Assembly (NCBI GenBank): GCA_030141605.1
Contig: JAQGDQ010000007.1
Location: 1,413,173 to 1,477,172, forward strand
DNA from: Tubiluchus corallicola
Taxonomy: Eukaryota > Animalia > Priapulida
Direction of reading: 5' to 3'
DNA length: 64,000 bases
Part shown: positions 53,301-64,000 of the stretch, piece after piece
How positions within the stretch are numbered: position 1 is the first letter of the stretch
Layout of the letters: every line of letters begins with the position of its first letter
Position numbers and translations under genes: made by a program
The notes under the pieces: model-generated
The model's database searches: none
Seen by the model: the letters and a program-made list of their open reading frames with translations, nothing else
Told to the model about the DNA's origin: nothing

Positions 53301-56300
53301 CATTGAAGACATCAGCGGCAAAACTTGATGTGAACATTTCTATAGTGACTGCCCAAATCAAATATGATCAGGAATGTCGTTCATGATTTTCTATTATAAT
53401 AGGTCACGCATATAATGGGCTAACATATACGTGCTAAGGCACAGAAATCCACCGATTTGGATTAACCCAATTGGATCTAATTGCCAGGCCAAAAATTACA
53501 AATGCAAGTCTTAGTAGTAGGTGCAACGCAGTGTTCACTTTTCCACGTGCTTATCCTATAACGTTGTTCCTTGTTCTTAGGTTTTGAAGATTACTTCGTT
53601 GACGATTACAACATGTAAAACTAATCATTTATGTTCAGTAAAGCTTTCCATACAACTTAATTAGTGCTCCATCCGCAATGTGTTTGTCACAATTAGCATT
53701 GATCCATTCTCATACTAAACAGTAGTTAGGAAAAATGTAGGTACCAGTCCAAAAAACCGCACACGTCTTCGAACCTATGCCCAATTTAGTGGCAATAGCT
53801 GTTGTCATGTTCTTGTGGTCTTCAAACCAAAGATTATGTTAATTTTGCTTTGTCTTTAGTGACTAAATAGACTTCACTCCTAGGTATACTTACAAGCTTT
53901 TGTGATCCTAAATCTAGACATCATGAAATCATTTCACGTCAGAGACTAAAAATAAAATCCATTCCCGACCATTTGAAACTGCAAATAGGTCGTAGAGGGA
54001 CCCTAGTTGAAAGAGGGTGTGTAAACCATCCAATCAACAACTTCTGTCTCTTCAGTGTCAAAGTTTAGAAGTTTATGCTTGTAGTAAGAGCTACATTCCT
54101 CTTCTTCCACATTATTAATAGATCTTGCGGCCGCCTTGAGATTTGACAAAAATGCAAAGCATCAATCACCGGCGCTGATTAAACTTCATTCGAGGAACAG
54201 AGGAACACCAGTTATAGACTAACTATTGTGCACATAGTTAAGCAAACATCACAGCTAATTAGTGTATTCAATACTTGCTCGTTTACCTCAAACTTTTTCT
54301 CGAAAGATGTCATGATTCGTATAGCACTATAACGATTGTATTCAGAACCCATCAATGCGTTCCCAGCAGTTGTTTATTCTGCAGCAAAGTTTTAATATTC
54401 TGAACAAGCTAATTTCGTTGCTGTTTGATTAATAGGTTTTTATATTGTAACCTAACAGTAGAGCTACTCATATTCTAAATTTTTGCGGTAAAACGGATCT
54501 ATAGCAATGTCAAGCAGCGTTCTAAATTACATATTTACGAAATGGATTATATGGCAACGCTAAAAGATGCTCTAAGCGATGTATATAGACAGTTGATAAG
54601 TTACGAAAAACTTAGTAAGCGAGTAACCCAATACTTCGCGTTCTATACTAGTTTGACAAAAATTTTAGCTTACAGTTTCGCATCTGGTTGGTTTACCAAA
54701 ACCAGTTACAATAACACATCATTACATTATTATTATGATTTCCGCAAAACCGCTAGACAGTCAGCAAAAAAACAATTGCTGAAAACATTTTAAATTATTA
54801 AAAATTTTCTTTTCTAGTTACATAAGTCTTTCAAGCAGGTAAGCGAAATAATAAGTAATATAGATTTGCCTGGAAAGTTCTTCGGGACATAATTTAACAT
54901 TTATTTTTCTTCCCCTGATTTACGTAGTGCGTATATGCCGTCGGAACAGTATTGCGGGAGATTTAAAATGAAAACAAAAAAATCCTTTCAGTGCGAGTAC
55001 GATATATAGCATAAAATTGCTACAAACTAACATAATTTTTTTAAGGCAATTTTTCGGAAACTTACTTGAGGTACCCCTTTTCTTGTCCTTTAAGTCTTAT
55101 TAATGTTAAAGTCTTTCTCCATGTTTAAACTCTACACAATACCGAACAGTCTTGTTCCTTCGTGTCCATGCTCCATACATGCAGGGGTATACTGCATAAT
55201 TTAATTTTCGAGATTTACATGACAACCATAATTTACGATGCAATTATTTGTGAACAGCAAATCACATTTGACACAGCAGCGTTGCCGGTTTTCATATATC
55301 CCTCGAGTCCAAGGTTTGCGCGCTTCCTTCAGCGTACCGCACGTTTTATTTAATTGTAATATTTCACTTCGAAGCGTTCCTAGGTGTATTGTTTTTACTT
55401 GTTGTATCGCAACATGGAGTAGTTTTCTCACTTTTACTATAATCAGCTTGTACTCATACTCTCATACAGACTTGATCTCAAATTTTCTGGCGTAGTATCA
55501 AACCGTAAGCAGTGCTTCAATTGGTAGATGTTATATCCGGATCGCAGAAAAGTTGTCTTTATTAGTGTCGCTTGTTGAAAGTTCTCAGTTTTGCTTTGTA
55601 TTGTCTGACTACGCAGAATAATAATATAAATACACCTGCTTATTAAATTAAGCAATGCAATCATTTCTTAATCATTTCATTTATTTAAATGAATATGAAA
55701 ATTTTTAGATCTCTGAAAATTAATGGTTTCTTGATTTCGACAGTGCAATGCATACTTTATAACTAAGAACATTAACTGATAGAAGAACAGAGGAACAAGA
55801 ATTAGAATTTTCCAAGTAAAATATTTCAGTCTGAAGTACATTTTCATTTGTTACCTATCAACTCAAATCAGGTCAATTTTACTTAATTAAGAAATTCTAA
55901 AAGCAGAAGATAACTGCAACTTCTATTCTGCCATTCTATATTTTAAACGTCTGTTAAATGGTAATAATCTTATTCAAACCAACAAATAGAATTAAAATGT
56001 TTTATTTGTCTTTTTATGTTTTATTGTTTTTAAATTGTCATTACTTTTATTAATGTATACTCACTATAATCAGCGGTCTGTAATATAAGTGCTAATAAAC
56101 CTCATACATTTCATTACCTGGCATCTACAATATTCGCGCCTGCCTGGGAGAATGCGTGTGTCGAATATCTTTCATCCTTGCGTGGTTTTGATTCCTAGTT
56201 ATTCAGTGACATATTATGCAAGTTTAGTGAAATTTTATGATCGTGAAGTATGGTAATAACTATGTCTAAGCAAGCTGCTCCAACATGTAGACATTTTAAT

Positions 56301-59300
56301 GCTCTAAAAGCTGTCGTATAATTTCCCCTTGCAAAATTCAGAAAAGATCAATTCAGCTAAGAATTTTCAACGCGACGAGAGAAATATGAAAGAACGTAAA
56401 AGAGCGGAAAATACTTAATTTTGCGGTTGCGTCCGTCTAAATAGATGTTTCTTACAGCTCTCAGACTGCAGAATATTGATCAACCCTCAGAGGAAAATGT
56501 TAAATATATTCGCCGCCAAATGGGTTCCAGAAGTTCGAAAAAATCGAATATGGAATCGGTTAGAATATTGGAAGGCGACATATGAATAAAAATATCATCA
56601 AGATGTCTTTATTTTGACTGAAACAAGTTCCAGTAGAAACGGCGGCGTTTGGCCACCTAAGTTAAGATAGCGCCGAGTCGGGTCATCCCCCTGGGGATAT
56701 TCACTCACAGTGATGATTTGGACTGTTCATCTCGAAAATGGGAGATGCATACACATCCGAACGGTTGAGGTCATTTTAGAGGCACAGCCTTGATAATGAG
56801 TCTGGCCTCGGTCTCGCCACAACAATTTAATTCTGAGTAGGACCTGCCGCTGAATGTTGGATTTTGACTTGCAGTTCCTAGACAGTTATCCAAAGAGAAA
56901 GAACTATAAGCATAACGCAACTTTTGCAGACGGTCATGCCACTATGTAACCTAACTTAGAATGTGCTGAACTATATGAAATTTTTTTTTAAAGATATCTA
57001 TCAAACCCGAATAAAAACTATTTTACATACTAGAAAATATGCCTTGAATGAAAAAAACAAACAAACAAATAAAAATGACGGACAGCACCCACTTAAGCAA
57101 AGACCTGGGCTTTATTCAAACACAGCATCTGCAACGTTTTGATAAAGTTCAGTTCCTGTTCTCTGACCAATGCCTGTAGAATCGTTCGATTCTAATTAAG
57201 CTGTTTTAATTATATAGCAAAAAATAACTCGGCGTCGATTTAACTTCATCAGTTAAACTTGCGTTAAAGCACAAGAAAACACGCTTCATAAATAAAGATT
57301 GAAAATCGTCTTGAAATTTTAATCACTTACGTGTTATGTTATTGCATACAGGGCTTGCAGTAACGCTGTATAAAACTTGTAAATTTAAACTCCCGCGGTG
57401 AACGTCATGCTCAGCCATTTTAACGGCAAATCGTTTGAAGCAAGTTCAGATAACAAGGTGTAAAGCTTGAAAAAATAATCAAAGCATTTGTAGAAAACTT
57501 TTGACTAACTGAGCAAAATGTGATTACTTTATATGTATTGTCAGTAAGATGTAGTGCCGTTTTACAAGGTGGAGCGAATACTTTAAATTATTAAGAATTT
57601 TCTCTTTCAACTACAGAAGTCTTTCAAACAAGTAAGCGTAATGCTAGGTGATTTAAGTTTGTATGGAAAGTTCTTTGGGATATACTTTAAAATTCTCTTT
57701 TCTTTCCATTTAAATTATCTTTAGCTTAATTATTAAATTATGATTTTGGAAAATAAACAGATTCCTATTGGAGAAACAAACTAAAAAACTCAATGAATGC
57801 TAATTTGCTGCCCCATTGACAAAATTAACAGCCATCATGATACGTGGCAATTGTGTGTTGTTGAATTAAAACTAGTGGATGTGCTCGAAATTATGATTAA
57901 TAAGAGGTTAATTAAATAACAAGGTAAAAATACAGTGCAAAATGTCACGTTTCTCTGGGAGTTTGATTCATTTATACATCGTTCTGGGAAGAGCGTATAA
58001 TATTTAGAAAAATGACTTAAAAATAATGTTCTGACGTGGCAGTAATAATAGTGTGCAAAAGTAAAGCAAATAGTTTACCTACATATACATACAAACACGA
58101 TCAGGTAGCCCGTCAGGTAAAAATTTTACCTGCTACAAATAGTTAATAAATACAAGTTCGCTTTTTAACTGCACATCACGGTTTTCGAAAAATGACAGGA
58201 TCGCCATTCGGAAAATAATGACAAGAACAAATTTAGTTATCATATCATCTTGATACAAGAAGTGCTTTTTTAATATTATGAGTCTTGTGCCAGGCGCTGT
58301 AGTTTACTGGAACAATACATATGAGGGTTCGACAGCGCTGTTTCCCTGCTGCTATACTGCCTGTTGTATAGGCATGGTAATAAGGGTAATAATAATAATA
58401 ATCTCTGTTTGTTATTTATATTCAGTCAAAAGAGCATAATAGCAGAACAGCTTGCTCAATCGTGTTGTATGTATTAACCTTAAACCCGACTTTAATGAGT
58501 AGAAAACAGATTAGTATTCTAAATAATAAAAAAGTCACATAATAAGGAAAACAAAAGATGCACGACATTTCAGCCCGCCACTATATATTATCTTTATGTG
58601 AAAATGAAAAGACACAAACGATCACTAAACACAATTTTTTTTATTTATAATATAAACACATTCACCAAAAACCATAGAAAAACCACATGTGAAGAGATGC
58701 ACTCACAGAAGAAGCACAGTGTGTTTACATTGTGCTCAGTAATCAAAAACCAGAGAAGTCCGAAAAACGCAAAAAACACTAGTAATAACAACAGAATTCT
58801 ACTTTATATATTTTGTTTTACACCCCGGTGCTATTGGGACATCTGTTGCTACAATGCGTTACTGTTTGTTTTGTTTCTTTTGTTGCATTTGCTTACTGTA
58901 TCCCTTCTTCGGTGACTGTGGTTCTTCGCGTAAGGTTCTTAGATCTTTAGTGAATGTGAAAATCCAAAATAATAATGTTTTGTGATCGACTGCGCTTCCT
59001 TTACACCTGAAGATAATCCATAGTGGTGCATTTAGTCGTTGTATATCTTTTATTTTCTTTATTGTTTAAGTACTTTTATTAATGAACTTATTATCTCTGT
59101 GTTAATATTCTTAGTGTAGGGATATTTGTTTCAGGTTGTGATAACATTGACGAAACTAGGCTACCAGTTAAAGATCTCAACTGTGATGTATATAATGCTC
59201 AGCACGTCACTTCCTGGCCTGTTCAATCCGTTCCTCTATGGCTTCCTAGCTCAATCGTACCGGGATGGGTACAGGAAGACCGTCACTGCACTTTGCTGCG

Positions 59301-61168
59301 GCGGCCTGAGAGAAACAGATAATCAGCTAAGAGAATCAAGAGGTTTGTGGTTTTGAGCAAATTCACGTTTTGTAACTAGTGTTAATACTTACAAGCAACT
59401 GCGTCTCATGTCAATCGTTTTCAATGCAAACTAGTCAAAGATGTTTCTTCCAGCAGCTGATATAGTTTCTCACTTCTGTATGGAGCATAATGCTCAGCAT
59501 TTTTGCTTCTAGTTCCTCTGCATCAAATCTCTCTTTGAGGCTCTTGATTTCTTTATTGTTTTGCAAGAATATATTAGCACGTTGCTGGCACGTTGTATTT
59601 ATATTTCAACATGGCTGTTTTCCCGTTGATTATTAGTTGACATTGTTCGAGAATTTAAATTTTTAACAAAGGCTTTTCATCTATAACTTAAAAATTACTA
59701 AAACTATAAACTAAAACTAGTAACTTTCGCAGCGAAAAGGTAATGTATTGTAATATTAAGCTTTGAAATTTCAACTTTGTTAGGGGACTTGCTTCTAATA
59801 TTATTGTTGTCGAAACTTCAGCACGTTTTTTCTGCGCTACCTGATAAAATAAATAAATTTTAAAGTAAACAAATATTCGGCGTTTTTGACTTTATATTTA
59901 GCTTTTGATTTTCTAATTACACGTCTTGTCAACACTAATTTTGGTTATGGCGAAGTATTAGGTTAACATTTCCTTTTTATCCACTGGCCTTTTAAGCTAC
60001 CATTATTTACAGACATTTGTTTATACGTTTTTAAAAAATCTATAGCGAGTAAAAGATGAGGCAAACGAACAAAATTTAACCAGCTCTTGAGGACATTTTG
60101 TCCTTGTTGATCTTTCTGGCTTTTGATCATTAACTATGTTTAATTTTTAAAACTTTATTTGTGGTACCGCCGATTGAAAAATCTATCGCAGTACAAAGAT
60201 TTTAATATGATGAACTTTCACTGAGAAACGCAAGGCTTAACTATTTGCTTTACCTCGTTACAGAAACCAGCCATATCAATGGCTCAGTGGTGCAGGGGAA
60301 CACGGAGACAGCTGTAACAGAGCAGATAGGCACAGAGAGTGCTTCCTTGCTACAAGCCGACAATGGCTCAGCTAACATGCCAAGATCTGACTCGAACTAC
60401 ACAGCAGTGGGCAGTGAATACTGTGCCATTCGGCGCAGTGATACTGTCATGTCACATCTGCAAAGTCCCACCAACGGAGAAATGAAAGTCATTGGGTCAT
60501 CATCTACGTCAGGCGATACGAACTCTGTGGCAAGTGCAAACGCTTGTAAGCAGTGCAGAAACAGCTACACGACTCCCGGCGACGCCAGTACACCTGCTTG
60601 CCGATTCAGAACATTCCATCAAAATGACAATTTATTAGATGCAAACATGGCTGAACAAACAGAGGCCAGCGTGTACACAAATGGCGACCGCAATAACGGT
60701 TATGCATGCGCCGAACGCTATCTCGACTACGACTCGTCGTCTTCTGTGGGGGATACGTATTTTATTGCGCGCAATCTGAAGAATTGTAAGCCGGATTTGT
60801 GGAAGCAGAATAGCGTTGATTCGTTTCAGGGGTGGAAACCTTCGAGTGGCGCACCCATGTTAACAGGACAGTATGTACACGATGAACAGGCTTTGCTACA
60901 AGAAGATCAGGTAGGCGGGGCATCTGGACAGCCGTTTTTAAAATACTATGATCTCAATGAAGGCACTCCAGATTCCAAGCCCTCTAGTCGTGCCAAGCCC
61001 ACCGGTTCGAAGCCTGCAGGAGGACAGATTTATGCTACCATTGATAAGTCAAAGCAACACTACGGTACGAAATCACTACCTAATTACGCGAAATCCAGTG
61101 CACATTTGGCCAGGTCTTACAACAGAAATGTTAGAAGTGGAAGTAATTTTGGTGAGAGTGTCATCTGA
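43563..61168 (+). CDS. Class A (rhodopsin-like) GPCR, prostanoid-receptor-like, 3 coding exons, ~632 aa
   Basis: Exons 43563-44348, 59135-59342 and 60264-61168 join in phase (0, then 1). Seven hydrophobic segments, WWGG..C in ECL1, DRA at the TM3 end, LPLIG in TM4, WLP in TM6, NPFLY in TM7, and CC after helix 8. Confidence 0.88.
54500..55092 (-). mobile_element. Kolobok-like repeat copy in GPCR intron
   Basis: Reverse complement of 8100-8600; ends cttgtcct|ttaa. Confidence 0.5.
57300..57700 (-). mobile_element. Partial third copy of the same repeat
   Basis: tgcatacagggcttg..gtaacgctgtataaaac and agtctttcaaacaagtaagcg match 8290-8700 and 54790-54910. Confidence 0.5.
59135..59342 (+). CDS. 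GPCR exon 2 (ECL3, TM7, helix 8)
   Basis: tttcag|GTTGTG..; LPGLFNPFLYGFLAQSYRDGY..LCCG; AG|gtttgt. Confidence 0.88.
60264..61168 (+). CDS. GPCR exon 3 (long intracellular tail)
   Basis: ttacag|AAACC phase 1, then a 300-codon open frame in AT-rich surroundings ending ESVI*. Confidence 0.8.
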
Positions 61169-63260
61169 AAGCTACTGTAACAATTTCAATTTAAATATTT
61201 GCTGAAGTATCTCAAATAAAGGACGTTGTTTTTCGTGTAAGAAAACAGACAGGTGACAGTGAACTGGCTGTTACACAATGGGAAGCTGTGAGCAGATGCA
61301 CAAAAATATAGTAGCCTACTTTGAAGATGGAAAGGTATACTACTGATGTCAGATAGTTATGACGTGTTCGGAACTTGGCTACTTACTAAGTATAATCTTT
61401 TGAAATGACACACTGAATCAGCAGAGATGTCTTAGCCGAGCTCAATATATCCTTCCTCAACGGGAAAAATAACCGCTGAAGCCGCCCATAAACAATTTAT
61501 ATAACGATTACTCAGTAATGTACTAACCAAGCGCTTTATCGTGCAGCGGTGTCTTAACTAAGTTCGGATGTGTATACAACTTTTCTCATCAAGAGAGAGA
61601 GAACCGGAAGCAGCATGGCTGTTGAAGCCGCTGAGTAACAATTTGTGTGGCAGTCAATGATTTACTAGTCAGGCTTGGCATTACTTAAATATCGCATGCA
61701 GCCAAGCACACACAGCTCAGAGAGATTTTAGGATAGGATATACCCGCCCTCATCTAGAGAATTTCCCACTGAACCATTTTTCTGAAATATTAAACAACTG
61801 CCATTACCTCTCATTTTCCGAGATATTTTTACAGGCCACAGTGCAAATCATGCAATAATTATATGCCTGAAAAAGTAATGTCTTTAAATATCAGTATCCT
61901 ATAGTTTTTCATAAGCCATTCAACAAGGTCTACAATGCACATTATATTAAACGAGAAGCCGCTGAATAGAATCGTCAGTAATTAGATATTTGAATCTAAA
62001 AGTTCTGATCTGATGACATCCCACTGAAACAGGTAAGCAATGTTGTAGTTAATAGCATGGCCTCTAATGAGCGATCTCGTGCATACTTCCCTCTAACATA
62101 CTGTCATCGACTCGGCCTAACTACCCCTCGCGTGTGTACATAGAGACAACAAACTCACACAGGAGCATCAATCTTCGCAAATGTATGGCTGCCAAATCAA
62201 TAAAATGCTCGGATTGTTTTGTAACGATGGATGGCCGAACTGTTAAGACGTATAGTGGTGATGGAAGCCAAGAGTTTTCCATTTACCATCTGAACGATGG
62301 TGTTGTAGCAGGCTGAGAGGATTATTATTGATTAATTAAAATATCGACCGGCGAGACCAAAGACAGTGTACATAAGAATCGTTAAAGTCAACAGTAAACT
62401 CAGCTCAGGATAAGCCAGGGATTCTTCGCAACTGGGTAAAGATAAAATTGGGAGTTAAACTGTTAGGCACTCTTTGAAGTCATGCAGTTAACTCTGATTT
62501 AGAAGATAAAACTATTGATTCGTTAATATTATTTTACAGATTTTTTATTAAGTATTGAAACTTAAGGAGCGCTTATAGTTTAAAATACACTGTAGCAAGA
62601 TGATGAGGAAAGTCTAATAAACGTGTAATGTTGTTTCCATTAGAATTTTGTTTAAATGGAAATTTGTCGAAAATCAGATATTTAGTAATATTTCCAGATC
62701 GAGACAAAACTGCACCTCAAATACCTTGGCTATGATCAAATCTAGGTTCATATTTTCGTTTTACGACCCTTTATTTCATCTGTATGCTAATCATAATAAT
62801 GTGTTTTTAATGAACAAAATTACTAACTTGGTTAAAGTTTATGAAACGCTTGTGGGAAAAAAGAAAAATTCTCTTTTTGTCGCTAGGCGTTCTAATTCCT
62901 AATGATGTCGCGCAAGTTATGAATCAGTTTTCGTATCAATTAGGTTAAAGTAATCAAATGGCAATTTTTCATTTTTTGACAACCACAAACAATTCATTAC
63001 AGCCTAAGGGAATTATAGCGCACAGTCATTTTTCTATTTGTGATAAGCACAGTAGTCCCTGTAGCATTGATACAACAACACATATACGAGAACTGCACGG
63101 GGAGCTTACATTCATGTTGCTATTACCAATATGCATATTGCTATTACCATCTAGTTTACAACTGTTATGATTACAGCTTTATGCAAGTAGGCGTACATGT
63201 ATTTAGCACGGTAATGCGATACTTAAACGAGCTATATTTTCTGGAGTATTTTTATTACTT

Positions 63261-63447
<187 letters not shown>

Positions 63448-64000
63448 TAAATTCATGATGTAACATGTACATCAAGTAAACAATAGTTTACAACAGTAAA
63501 TAAAGTAAACACGGTGCACAGTGGTAGTTATTTCAACAACACATCAGTTTAACTGGGGGATTAAATTGATTTACATATTTTCCCAAGTAATAAGATGAAA
63601 AGAGATACTCACAAACCAAAAACCAAAGGTTGAAGAAATACCGACTGCAATTAGTATATAATTAGTTTGATTGTAATGAATGAAAAATAATTAGTGGTTA
63701 CATTCAATGATGTTATTCTATTTGCTGGACCTTTTCTACAAGACCACCCGTTTACTTACAAGACTTACACTTTGCAAATATTAAATGACAAAAATCTCAT
63801 ACCATTTTCGCCGAGCACTGATACCAATTAATGTAATGAAAAACTGGGGGAGTCGTTGATATCACCAAAACATTAGGCCATGCATTATATGACGTCGTAG
63901 CGCAAGTAAGCTTCTCTGTGTATATTTCGTAGTCCCTGGCCGAGAACATTAAAGACAAGCGAAATTTCATTTAATTTTACGTAGTGCTTTTTTTAGTAAA

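Noticed and set aside
54819-54845. In-frame microexon candidates (LHKSFKQ here, KSFKQ at ~57617) with AG..GTAAG flanks in the GPCR intron
   Set aside because: The same sequence occurs inverted at ~8345-8395, outside the gene, as part of an interspersed repeat.

Overview
AT-rich, intron-rich animal (invertebrate-like) genomic DNA, not prokaryotic. Left half: a cluster of pentraxin-domain genes. One apparently intact gene on the minus strand has 7 coding exons (19904..12281, about 348 aa: signal peptide, short helical N-region, pentraxin domain and an unusual amphipathic, basic C-terminal helix). An exon of a second tandem paralogue lies at 252-406, with candidate 5' exons near 10.8-11.3 kb and 1.9 kb. 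An inverted, 5'-truncated and probably frameshifted third paralogue lies at 21859-24505. Right half: a 3-exon class A GPCR (43563..61168, about 632 aa), prostanoid-receptor-like, with a 14.8-kb intron at the end of TM6 and a very long Tyr-motif-rich C-tail. The rest is transposon-derived: a 5'-truncated Ty3/Gypsy element with a 3' LTR, LINE fragments, two hAT MITEs with 8-bp TSDs, a roughly 1.6-kb foldback, Kolobok-like repeats, microsatellites, and a composite element whose single 47-bp core has expanded to about 30 tandem copies in a second copy. All gene models were assembled by eye from splice signals and reading-frame phase; no database searches were run. I found no CRISPR, rRNA or tRNA and no clearly new multi-gene system; the best candidates for novelty are the pentraxin C-terminal helix and the GPCR tail.
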